From: Chiloscyllium plagiosum
Taxonomy: Eukaryota
NCBI RefSeq assembly: GCF_004010195.1
Contig: NC_057719.1
Location: 51,379,656-51,443,655, forward strand
Length of the DNA: 64,000 nucleotides
Direction: 5' to 3'
Shown here: positions 51,931 through 63,950 of the stretch, one piece after another
Position numbering within the stretch: the stretch's first letter is position 1
Layout of the letters: every line of letters begins with the position of its first letter
The notes under the pieces: generated by a model
Databases searched by the model: none
Told to the model about the DNA's origin: nothing
Seen by the model: only the letters and a program-made list of their open reading frames with translations
Position numbers and translations under genes: made by a program

Positions 51931-52194
51931 TGGAGCATACACACACTGGGTGGTATGACAAACACAACCATTTCCTCTTTTAACACTAATCGATAGAGGA
52001 AGTGACTCCTGCAACATTGTAACTTCGTGACACATTGCATATATTTTTTTTCAATAACTGGCTAAAGTCTCTTTGGAAAGCTGCTGAATCGGTGAAATGT
52101 GTGAAAGCTACTACTGAGCTTCACACTGTAAAAACTTCTAAATTCTGCAAATGATTATTGTATCTTGTTAAATTGTACCCTTCTGTCAAGATTA

Positions 52195-55100
52195 TTTTCA
52201 CTAGAGCATCTGAGGCTGAGGGGTGGCCTGATAGAAGTATATAAAGTTATGACAGGCATGGATAGGGTGGATGGTCAGTCTTTTCCCCATGATGGGAATA
52301 TCAAATATTAGGGACTTAGGTTTAAGGTGAAAGGAGGAAAAGTTTGAGGGAGATGTGTAAGACAAGATCTTTACACAGAGGGTGGTAGGTGCCTGAAACC
52401 TGCTGCTAGGAGAGATAGTAAAAGCTGATACAATGCCAATGTTTCAGAGGCATCTAAACAGATAAATGAACAGGCAGGAAATAGAAGAATACAGACCATA
52501 TACAGGCAAATGGAATGAGTTTAGCATCATGGTCAGCATGGACATTCTGGGCCAAAGAGCCTGTTTCTATGCTGTACTGTTCTGTGTTCTATGCATGTTA
52601 GAACATGGACAGAATACTTATCTAAAGCAATGTCCCAGTAGTGGAAATAAACAAGCAGAAAGAGGAAGCGATGTTATAGCCGTATATAACCTGGGTTAGG
52701 CCGCAGCTGGATGTTGTGTTCACTTCTGATTGCTATACTATAGGAAGGATGATTGCGCTCGAGAGGGTACAGAGGAGACTCACCAGGATGTTGCTTGGGC
52801 TGGAGTGATTCAATTATGAAGAGAGACTACGTAGTTAGGGATTGTTTTCTTTAAAGAGAAGATTGAGGGGTGACCAGACTGAGATATATGCAAAGTTCTG
52901 GGATCTTAGATGGGGAGAAATGTTTCTTCTTATTAAAGGGGTCAATAACAAGGGGACACAGTTTTAATTTAAGGGGTGGAGGTTTAGAGGGGATTTGAGG
53001 AACTTGTTTTCACCTGGTGGTTGGCAGGTGTCTTACTACTTGAAAAGGTGGTAAAGGCAGGTACCTTTAAAATATTTAAGAATTACTTAATTGAGCACTT
53101 GAAATGTAGTAGCACACAAGTGCTGGAAAATGGGATGAGAATAGATAGATGGTTCATGATCAGTGCAGAGATGATGTGCTGAAGAGCCCCTTTCTGAGCT
53201 GTAAAATCCCAGTGACTTGGAGAAGCCAGCATCCACACTGAATACCAGACACTGTGCATATCGGGTGGCCAATTCCAAAGTGCCTGTTTTGCATCTTCCC
53301 TGAAATGAATTTCTAGCTGGAAGGAGCCTTCTCCCGATTGTAAGTGCAAATAAGTTAACTGTGATCTGTCTCGAGCAATCAGAGGCAGACTTTAAATTTC
53401 CCACTAATGGCAGTGTAAACAATGCTTTATACTGGCTTGTGTTCTCCTTGGTTTCTCAAGTCCGTCAGGCCAAAGGAAGGATATTCGAATAGGGTAAGGC
53501 CTGCTTGAGAAACAGATTTTAGGAACTGCTACAATAAAAGGAAATGGATTGAGCAAGCTGTTTAAAATATAAGCAGTTACCCTGATTTAGACTATATTAC
53601 TTTCTCCCTTATTCTGATTCATAGACATTTAGAGAATAGAAAGAACCATTTGACTCATCATGTCCCGACACTAATCCCGTTTTCCACTTCTTGGCCCATA
53701 GCTCTGGAAACTATGGCAACACAATTGCTTGTGTAAACGCTCTTTAAATAATACAAGAGTTTCCGACTCAGCTATTCTTTCAGATGGTGACTTCCAGATT
53801 CTCACCGTTCTCGGTGTTCAAAAAAAGTTCTCCTCAACTTTCTTAGCTTTCTATCTCTTACATTAAATCTGTACTCTCTGCTTATTGACCCCTCTACTAA
53901 TGGATTGCATTCCTATTACATTATCTATGCCCATTTAATTTTGTACACTTTTATTAGACCTCCAGGGACTTTAACTTTGCAGGGGTGTGAGAACCAAGAT
54001 AACAAATTAGAAAGGACTACCAGCGCGCACACAATAATTGGGGAGACAGACAACACTATTATAGAAAATATAAAATCAATAGGTGAAGTTGGAGAAAGTA
54101 ATGAAGTGTCTATATCATTGTTACTGTGCACATATGTGAATACACAAAGATTGAGATTGAAGAGTTACAGGTACAAATTTCAGTATGGAAGTGTAACAGA
54201 GCAGTCATCTGTGGTGATAACAGAGACCTAGCTGAAGGAAGGGCATAACTGGGTGTTAAATAATCCTGGATTCAAGGTGTTGAGATAAAGTAGGAAAGGA
54301 TAAAGTATGGCAGAGTCATTTAAGGAAGCATTGCAGTGCTGGAGAAAGAGTTTACCCAAGGGGCTCCAGGACAGAATCAATTTGGCTCAGCGAAACAACA
54401 AAAGTGATGCAATTACATTGCTCAGTGTAGTCTATAGACTGTGAACTAATGGGAAAGATGTGGAGGAACAAATCTTGAGGGAAATTAGAGAGGCATGCTA
54501 ATATTATAGAGTGGTTAGAATTGGCCATTTATACTGCCTGAATTTAGATTAGGAAAGTGGTCATTAAGAACACAGAGACAAACATTCCTAGACTATGTTC
54601 AGAAAAACATCCAACAGCAATATGTATCCACTCCAACTAGAAAGGTTGCTCTGTTGGATCTGTTTCATGGAAGTTAAATGGACCAAGTAGATCAAACATC
54701 AGTAGGGGGAACATTTAAAGGTAGCAATCATTTTATCATAAGACTTAAAGGATATTGAAGGAAGTGAGAGTGGAAATTATAAGAGTATTACCCATAATCT
54801 TTCAGAATTAGCCAAGGTATCAGAGGACTGGAGAATTGCAGAACTTGTTCAAAAATATGCCTTTGTTCAAAAATGATTGTAAGGACAAACCTAACGATTA
54901 TAGACCAGTCACTGCTGTTGAAGTTTCTGGAAACAATTATTTAGGATACAATTAGTAGTGGGGTAAAAAATGGGCTGATTAAGAAGAGCCAGCTTGGATT
55001 TTTAAAAGGAATATTTGACTAACTTGCTTGAGTGTTTTGAAGAGGTAATAGAAAGGGTCGTTAAGGGTAATGCAATTGATGGGTTTACATGGACTTCCAA

Positions 55101-56625
55101 AAAAGCATTTGTTTCAGTTTTATACAAGAGACATATGAGAAAGTTATAGGTCAATGGAATAAAAGGGACAGCAATAATGTGAATATATTTTCTGAGTAAT
55201 AGGAATAAGAGTAATGGTCAGTATATACTTTTTGGGTTGGAGGAAGGTTTGTAATGGAGTTCCCAGAGGTTGGTATTGGGACCCCTAACTTTCCTGATAT
55301 ACAAATAATTTAGATCTTGGTGTGGTGAGTACCATTTCAAGGTTCATGGTTAATACAAAACTTGGAAGCATTGTAAATAATGATGAGGACGAGTGTAGAA
55401 CTTGAAAATTGTTGGAATATTGCATGCAATTCTGGTCTCCTTCCTATCGGAAAGATGTTGTGAAACTTGCAAGGGTTCAGAAAAAGTTTAGAAGGATGTT
55501 GCCAGGGTTGGAGGATTTGAACTATAGGGAGAGGTTGAATAGGCTGGAACTGTTTTCCCTGGAGTGTCAGAGGCTGAGGGGTGACCTTATAGAGGTTTAT
55601 AAAATCATGAGGGGTATGACCTAAGGGGCAACGTTTTCATGCGGAGGGTGGTACATGTATGGAATGAGTTGCCAGAGGAATTGGTGGAAGCTGGTACAAT
55701 TGCAACATTTAAAAGGCATCTGGATGGGTATATGAATAGGAAGGGTTTGGAGGGATATGGGCCAGGTGCTGGCAGGTGGGACTAGATTGGGTTGGGATAT
55801 CTGGTATGCATGGACGAGTTGGACTGAAGGGTCTGTTTCTGTGCTGTACATCTGTTTAACTCAATGACTATAAGTGCATAGGCAAGTTGAGGAAGTGGGC
55901 AGGTAGGTGGCAGATGAGATTCAACATGGAGAAACATGAAGTGACACATTTTGGGAGGAGGGACGTGGGCAGATAATATAATTTAATATTTAATTGGGGT
56001 GCATGATCAGAAGGGCTGGTCTATACATGTGCACAGATCACTAAGTGTGGCATGACAGGTGGGAGGTCAGTTGTTAAAGCATACGTTATTATAGGCTTTA
56101 TTAACAGAGAACAGAGTACAAGACCGGGGAGATTATGTTGAACTTATACAACTTATACTTGTTCAATCTCAACTGGAGTATGGTGTACAGTTCTGCATTC
56201 CACATTATATGAAGGATGTGAATGCATTGGAATATGCAGAATACATTTACTGGAATGCTTCTAAAGTTGAGAAACTAATCTCTGTTATGAGGGGTTTCCT
56301 TGGAGAGAAAGCTAAGAGGAGAAACTGTTCCTACTCATAAAACGATTGAGAATGAGAGGGCACAGAATTGAAGTTCTGTGTAAATATCACAAGTAGGTTC
56401 TGAGAGAAAAAAACATTCTCACAGAACAGATGGGATTGGTCTGGAATGCACCCTCTGGAAGTGTGGTGGAAGCAGACTTGATCGAGACTTTCAAGATGGT
56501 ATTGACTGATTATTTGAACAGAAACAATGTGCAAGGGTATGGGGAAAAGGCAGGAGAATGGCATTAGTCATAATCTCATTTGAATCAATGGGCTGAATGG
56601 CCTTCTTCTATTCCCTAACAATTTG
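52195..56625. mobile_element. CR1 cluster upstream of the gene; long decayed + copy ~54000-56625 with a younger nested 3' end at 55408-55870
   Basis: VVITET endonuclease motif, YRPV and LEYCMQFWSPSYRKDV. Confidence 0.85.
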
Positions 56626-58919
56626 TTGATTCAGGTAGATATCGGAAATGTTTATATCAGTGAGGCAATGAAAATTAAGAAAAAAATCTTCCACTACACC
56701 CAATTCCTCCTCCCCCCCCGCAAACTTGTGACACTTCAATCTAACAATGCAAAACTAGGCCAACTCCTGGTAATTAGCAAACTGAACCCCCAACATATCT
56801 TTTCTACTGACCTCTCAGCAGCCCCCGACCCATGCACCTTCCCTGACCTCTTACGCACCCCTAACTCAATATGATTCCACCCTAGGGCCAACACAGTACC
56901 TCACTTGCTGGCAATCCCCAGGACCTGATTCCTCACCCTTGCCAGGTCTGTAACTCCCTATGCTGATGGACATTTCACCCCACTTGGTCACCACTGGCCC
57001 AACACACCCAATCCCACCCAAGCTATCTTTAGCATGCTAAAATTTATCAAGCACTCTATCCAACTGGCCCATTATCAGTGTGCTACCCTGACTAACTGGG
57101 AATCTACTTATGTGGCACCTTAACCCCTTTACCAACACCATTCCAACCCCACAACTATCCTAACAGCAGCAGTCACATTGGTTGGTTGTAAAGCTGGATA
57201 TTTAAATAGTATACTGACTGTTTAGGGGCATTGTTTGGCACCCCCTCACTGTTATGTGGGCCTTTATAGATTTTAGATATTTTCTACATACCTGAAGGAA
57301 GTGGAATTGGAATTGCCATGTGGCAATCGGACTGTGATTGCCACTCCATGGTATATCCAGGCTAATATTCAGAGAGCTGTCATGGACTCAGAAGAAAAAT
57401 GAGAATGTGAACAAATTTCATTTTCCCTGGAGTATGAGGTGGTGGTTTAAACTTTATCTGAATTGTGCATGCATGTAGCCTTGAGGTTAGCTTGGTGCCG
57501 ACAAGAGGAATGAATGTGATTAGTAAGAGGAAGTTCGGCCTTACCGTGAATCCTGTTTGTGTATTTTAGGAAGCAGATGGAAGCAGACTGTGTGTATTCA
57601 AGAACCGCAAGCTTTTAAACAAAGGGAAGAAGATTATCAGAAGATGTGTAGTCACCACATGTTATAGAAGGCTATTTGGCATATTATAGTGGAGTTCAGA
57701 GGGAGACAGGAGAGCCTATCAGAAATTAATATTTGTTCTTCGATAGGTACATGTCCTTTCGCCATGATAAAAACAGACTGGATGTATTAGGGCCAGTGGT
57801 GGCCAAGAGGCATGCCTTGGCTATCAGCAAGGAGAGTTACAGAGCTGGCAAAGGTGAGATATCAGGTCCTGGGGTTGAAGCCAATGGCTGGTGGGAATGG
57901 GAGGTTGTCAGGTCCTGGGGATTATTATCGGCAGGTGAAATGGTGTGTTGGACCTAGGGTGAAATCATATTGGGTTAGGGGTGTGTAAGGGGCCAGGAAA
58001 GGTGCAAAGGTTGGAGAAACTGTGTAGAAATGATATGTTGGGAGTTCAGCTAGCTAATTACCAGGGTTGGTCTGTAGTCATCTAACTTCTCCTGGCAACT
58101 ATGAATGGAATTCTTTGATTTTAATCTATTCTTTCAAATACATTGAACTGCCCATCAGAATATTTTATTTCCTGGACAATTGCCACACTGTCTACTGTGT
58201 TCCATATGGTCCTGACACACAACTCCAAAAACTAACTTGCCATCAGAATAACCAGGCTAATTAGTATTTTAGGAATGTGGCTTTATGTTCAACAATAAGT
58301 GAAAAGGGGTACTTCTGCCAGTGTTAAAGGGAACGAGAGGTCAATTTTTGAGAGGTGGACCCTTTACCAATATATTGTGGTGATTGAATGGTCTCCAAAG
58401 TTTTTACCACTTGACTCTTGCAGGTCATCAGGTTTATACTTTGTTTCTTTGGCTGTGAATATAAAAGGTCCAAAATGTTGGTCCATTGTCCCTTGGGCAG
58501 TTGACATATAATATTTAGAACAGGAAGTTGTCAAGTTATTTCTGATATGGAAAGATTGAGAAATAATTGCTCATGCAGATAATAAATTGCTGTATGTATT
58601 GCAGTCATATGTAGGTTTAGTGCTGTGGATTGTATCCATCTTTATTTCATATTTTATTCCATAATAAAATTAATTGAAATTATTATGGTTAAAGAATTTT
58701 GGAAGACTGAAATGGAATCTAAACAGGAATTATTGTTGCTGTATCCATTCAAATATATTTCAAAAATGAAATGCCATATATCTTAAAATTTCATAATATT
58801 GTTTTCATAGGATTTAAAGTGGTTGCACTAACCTATAATTTAAGTAAAACTCCAGAGAAAACCTTATCATTATAACTTGCTTTTAAAACTATTGAACACA
58901 GGTAAATGAACAATAGTAC

Positions 58920-59052
58920 ATTCTTAATGAAGGGCTTATGCCTGAAACGTCAACTCTCCTGCTCCTTGGATGCTGCCTGAGCCGCTGTACTTTTCCAGCG
59001 CCACACGTTTTGACACTGATCTCCAGCATCTGCAATCCTTACTTTCTCCTAA
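58920..59052 (+). mobile_element. PLE family-A mini element starting at a degenerate hammerhead (58920-58955)
   Basis: ATTC-TTAATGA-A-GGGC-TTAT-GCCT-GAAA-CGT-C, then the family-A tail. Confidence 0.7.
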
Positions 59053-59611
59053 TAATTTGAATGCATTTCTTAAAGAAAGGAGATGTTTGATCGGTTGAAT
59101 AAATGCTAGCAATTTCCTTTGCTGTGTTTTGTCTCATAGCCAGTTTGCAATATTTAAGGGACATGCTCATATACGATACACAGTTCTGGTCACCACACTT
59201 CCAGAAAGATGTGGAGGCTTTGGAAAGGGTACAGACCGGACTCCTCCCTCCCCTTCCTAGACCTTTCTGTTTCTATCTCAGGCGACCGAATCAACACGGA
59301 CATCTACTACAAACCTACCGACTCCCACAGCTACCTGGACTACACCTCCTCCCATCCTGCCCCCTGTAAAAACGCCATCCCATTCTCCCAATTCCTTCGT
59401 CTCCGCCGCATCTGCTCCCAGGAGGACCAGTTCAAAATACGTACAACACAGATGGCCTCCTTCTTCAAGGACCGCAATTTCCCCCCCGACGTGGTCGACG
59501 GTGCCCTCCACCGCATCTCCTCCACTTCCCGCTCCTCCGCCCTTGAGCCCCGCCCCTCCAACCGCCACCAGAACAGAACCCCACTGGTCCTCACCTACCA
59601 CCCCAACAATC

Positions 59612-60000
59612 NNNNNNNNNNNNNNNNNNNNNNNNNNNNNNNNNNNNNNNNNNNNNNNNNNNNNNNNNNNNNNNNNNNNNNNNNNNNNNNNNNNNNNNNN
59701 NNNNNNNNNNNNNNNNNNNNNNNNNNNNNNNNNNNNNNNNNNNNNNNNNNNNNNNNNNNNNNNNNNNNNNNNNNNNNNNNNNNNNNNNNNNNNNNNNNNN
59801 NNNNNNNNNNNNNNNNNNNNNNNNNNNNNNNNNNNNNNNNNNNNNNNNNNNNNNNNNNNNNNNNNNNNNNNNNNNNNNNNNNNNNNNNNNNNNNNNNNNN
59901 NNNNNNNNNNNNNNNNNNNNNNNNNNNNNNNNNNNNNNNNNNNNNNNNNNNNNNNNNNNNNNNNNNNNNNNNNNNNNNNNNNNNNNNNNNNNNNNNNNNN
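59612..60000. other. Assembly gap (389 N)
   Basis: Run of n. Confidence 1.
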
Positions 60001-60161
60001 GCCTTCCTGACCTGTAGTCTTCTTCTTGACCTCTCCGCCTCCGTCCTACTCCGACCTATCACCCTCACCTTGACCTCTTTCCACCTATCACATTTCCAAC
60101 TCCCCTCCTCCAAGTCCCTCCTCCCTACCTTTTATCTTCTCCTGCTGAACACTCTCTGCTC

Positions 60162-60197
60162 ATTCCTGAAGAAGGGCCTGTGCCCGAAACGTCGAAT
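60162..60197 (+). ncRNA. Minimal hammerhead ribozyme, family A, fully paired
   Basis: ATTC-CTGAAGA-A-GGGC-CTGT-GCCC-GAAA-CGT-C-GAAT; stem I ATTC/GAAT perfect; predicted GUC cleavage after 60193. Confidence 0.85.
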
Positions 60198-60777
60198 CTC
60201 CTGTTCCCTGGATGCTGCCTGACCTGCTGTGCTGTTCCAGCAATAAAGTTTCAACTTTGATCTCCAGCATCTGCAGACCTCACTTTCTCCTACAGAAAAG
60301 GTTTACCAAGATGTTGCCTGATTTGGAGGGTATTAGCTATGAGGAGAGATTGGACAAAATTGACTTGTTTTACTTGAACGTTGGTGGCTGAGGGGCAACC
60401 TAATATAAGTTTATAAAAATATGAGAGGCATGGATAGCTGGGGTCTTTTGCCCAGGGTAGAAATGTCAATTACTAGGGGATAAGGGTTGAAGGTTAAAGC
60501 AGATAAAATAGCAATGTTTAAGTGGCATCTTGGCAGATACATGAATGGTCTGAGGATATGGATCATGTAGAGACAAGGGATTTTTAGTTTAGAAAGGAAT
60601 TGAGTGTTGGTACAGGCTTGGTGCGCATGTTTTTGTGCTGGACTTATTACTGTTCTTTGATATCATCATTGTATGTGACTTGACATTATAAAGGTTTCAG
60701 TCTCCATCTTACTGAGACCATTTATAACATGAAACACTGAGGGAAACCTGCTACAGTTGGCAGCCTAATTGCTTAGT

Positions 60778-61283
60778 GTTTAGATTAGAGTGGTGCTGGA
60801 AAAGCACAGCAGGTCAGGCAGCATCCAAAGAGAAGGAAAATCAACATTTTGGGCAAAAGCCCTTCATCAGAAATGGAGGCAGGGAGCCTCCAAGGTGGAG
60901 AGATAAGTGGGGGTGGGGAGGATGCTGGGGAGGAGGTAGCAAAGAGTACAATATGTGAATGGGGGCAGGGATGGAGGTGATAGGTCAGAGAGGAGGGTGG
61001 AGCGGATAGGTGGGAAGGGAGATTGGCCGGTAGGACAGGTCATGAGGACAGTGCTGAGCTGGAAGGTTGGAACTAGGATAAGGTGGGGGGAGGGGAAATG
61101 AGGAAACTGGTGCAGACGAGATGACCTGGGAGTTGCAGAGAGAGAGAGAGAGAGAGAGACTCACTGAGATTCTTGTGGAGAGAGGAGGAAAACCTCTTCA
61201 AGGTAGGCGTCCTTGCAAGAGGATTCGCAGTAAGGTTAAAATTAACTAGGCAACAGTGAGGACTGCAGATGCTGGAAACCAGA
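60778..61283 (-). mobile_element. Internally deleted PLE remnant with a degenerate hammerhead (60839-60874) and a (GA)n tract
   Basis: Minus strand CTGATGA-A-GGGC-TTTT-GCCC-AAAA-TGT-T; family-A tail sequence at both ends. Confidence 0.7.
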
Positions 61284-61379
61284 CACAAGTGCTTGTGATT
61301 ATAATATATTATTTATATTTTTTATATATATGTATATAGAAGACCAGTTCAAGGTATGAGTCAATTTCCAGATTAACAG

Positions 61380-62365
61380 CCTCCAATTTATGTCATGTAG
61401 ACAGAACCTGAACACCCCATTGACAACTTTATCAGAAGGTCCTGCAGCAAAGGCCATACGTGATGTCTCTGAAAAATAACTTGGAGAGAGGCTTGTAATT
61501 GGTGTAATTACAAATTAGGGATTACACCAATTAAAGCTTTCAGCAAAATTCTCTGGGCAAGAGAAAAGGCCAGACCATTGATGTACTGCATCCTAAAAGC
61601 AGTATCCAATCAATGGTATTCCATGCTACAACTTATGAAAGATCATCTTACAGTGGAACTCAGATCACTTATTGCATGTAGTGGAGCAATCACACTGCAG
61701 TGCCAATACTCAAGTTAGATTCTCAAAATCTACCTGGTACATACCAATGGCCAATTCTTAATACAGTCGCCATTCATAACAGTCAAACCATTCTCACTGT
61801 GGCAAGAATGAAAAAGCTACAGTGGTTTTCCTACAAAGAAAGAGACATATGACCAGCGAGAAGGCAGAGAACTAGCACAGCCATTCACCAGACAGAATGT
61901 GCAGGTCAGATATCCAGTCACAAATACCTGATACCCGCAAAGATATCAACCAGGTCAGATCTTACAAAGTAATTATAGATTATGGTGCTACATTTAGAAG
62001 GAACAGAAACCTGTTCAGACCAATGTACAATAAGTAAGCTATCAACCAAGAGTAACCAAGAATAACATGTACCGCTCAGACAAGTGCATGATCACCAGAT
62101 CAGATGAGTTGTCAAATTCCAAAAACAACTTAATGAAGTTTGATCTCCTAATCTTGTTAATGCTGTTTTAGCAATTCATGCAATTACTGAATTGATATCA
62201 TGTTCCTATGTACTGTTGCATGTGACCTGTTGTTACTATCTGAATTATTTAGCTTTAGCGCAGTCACACATTGTAGCACATATATGTGTGTTTTTGTGTA
62301 AATATATATATGTGAATACCAGGAACTGTAATAAAAATCGATTGAATCCTTCAGGACTACATCAC
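61380..62365 (+). mobile_element. Highly decayed Gypsy-like LTR retrotransposon 3' remnant
   Basis: Fragmentary motifs resembling a Gypsy Pol C-terminus (LNTP, RSL/YI..G, TRSG-RVVK-P), then an LTR-like end with AATAAA...ACATCA. Recognised by eye only. Confidence 0.4.
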
Positions 62366-62479
62366 CCACATCTTGTGCTTATGTTATGGGAGATAATGTA
62401 AGTATCACCTCATCAGACACAAATATGTAGCTGAAGGTAAAATGTCCATCACTGTATCTTGAACATGATTAACTGCTGA

Positions 62480-62795
62480 AATCAAAACAGAAAGTGTTAG
62501 AGAAACTCATAATCTTGGAGCATGTTTGGAGAGAGAAACAGAGTTAACGTGCCAAGTCTAATATGACTCTTATTCAGAACTGATGGTATAAAATCTCCAT
62601 CTTGCTGAGTACACTTAAAGAATAGTATGCTGAGAGAAGTGGGCTACAGATTCATCCCAATTATTTAGCCCCAGCCCAGACCTTACATCTTTCGACCATC
62701 AGTTCTGAAGAACAATCATTTTGGACTTGAAATATGAACTGTTTTTCTCACCACAGACGCTGCCAGACTTGCTGAGTTTATTGCAGCATTTTTGT
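62480..62795. mobile_element. Two divergently oriented PLE family-C mini elements with degenerate hammerheads (62542-62581 -, 62701-62740 +)
   Basis: Both begin TCAGTTCTGAA, with stem I AGTT/AACT and a family-C tail. Confidence 0.6.
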
Positions 62796-63119
62796 TAGAT
62801 TAGCTTAGATTCCCTACAGTATGGAAACATGCCCTTTGGCCCAACAAGTCCACACCAACCCTTGAAGAGTAACCCACCCAGACCCATTCCCCTACCCCAT
62901 ATTTACCCCTGACTAATGCACCTAACACTATGGGCAATTTAGCATGGCCAATTCACCAGAGCTGCACACTTTGGATTGTGAGACGAAACTGGAGCAAACC
63001 CATACAGACATGGGGAGAATGTGCAAACTCCACACAGATAGTTGCCCGAGGTGGGAATTGTACTTGGGTCTCTGGTACTGTGAGGCAGCAGTGTTAACCA
63101 CTGAGCCACTATGCCGCCA
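62796..63119 (-). mobile_element. HE1-type SINE
   Basis: Family match. Confidence 0.88.
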
Positions 63120-63950
63120 TGTTCTGTTATTTTTCTCATCTCAGCATCTGTAGTATTTTACTTTTATTGGATTAATTGTAATGATTGTTTATGAAGAAAC
63201 TAATATAAAGCACATCATATCAGATTATTCTATGTTATATTGTTCACTGTTGTAACATCAGCAGAAACCTTAGTTATGTGTGCAAATTGGATTTCTACCA
63301 AACCTTTGGCAGTGGAACAGGACAAATTGCATGAAAATATCTGGCCATAAGATGTATTAAAAAGACCTTTTTAGAATTAATAGGTGAACAGTGAAACAGA
63401 AAATGTAGTAGCATGCATACAAAGGAATGCAATGTAATCTGGGAAGTTGATAACATTGACTGCAGATGAAGGTTTAAACATTGACAGCACTTTGGAAAGC
63501 TTACTCCTAAATGCCTCCCTCCCAATCTCCTTGGTAGATGTGGATTGACAATTATTCATTTATTTATTGCTCAGATAGAGAGATATTTCTGCATTCTTTT
63601 GACTTCAACTTGGGGTTCATGAGTTTCTCAAAACTCAGCAGTGAAAGCAGAACATGTTCTCTGAAGCAATGGATATCGGGGCAATGAATTTCAAGTAAAC
63701 ATGTCAGTACGTGCTCAGTACTCATGTCTTACCTGCTAGTTTGAAAGTGTTTGTGCACAATGCTTTTGCTGAGAATTTATTTCCACACACTGGGAGGTTT
63801 GCTTTATCATACATGGATTCCCATGCACTGTCAGGCTTTTTGTCCACTCCCCTACTTTCCCAGGTCTTGTCAAAAAAGGGTTTACCTGCAGACGGCTTTC
63901 TTGAATCTTCTTGAGGCTTTCTGAGGAGACCAGCATGGCAAGAGGCAGAG

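Larger units (their letters stand above)
59236..60290 (+). mobile_element. Young 5'-truncated Penelope-like element (RT C-terminus, gap, pLTR) inserted in a CR1 3' end (~59170-60660)
   Basis: Uninterrupted frame SLPFLDL...YYKPTDSHSYLDYTSSHP...SQFLRLRRICS...PLVLTYHP; CpG-rich; TSD TACAGA at 59230-59235 and 60291-60296. Confidence 0.9.

Noticed and set aside
59209..60222. 337-aa ORF as a full protein
   Set aside because: Its length is inflated by the N gap, and the start lies in flanking CR1 sequence; only the PLE RT fragment is real.
63377..63559. ORF containing DYIAFL, loosely like the KIF6 C-terminus
   Set aside because: Similarity is only a few residues and the adjacent conserved motif is absent.
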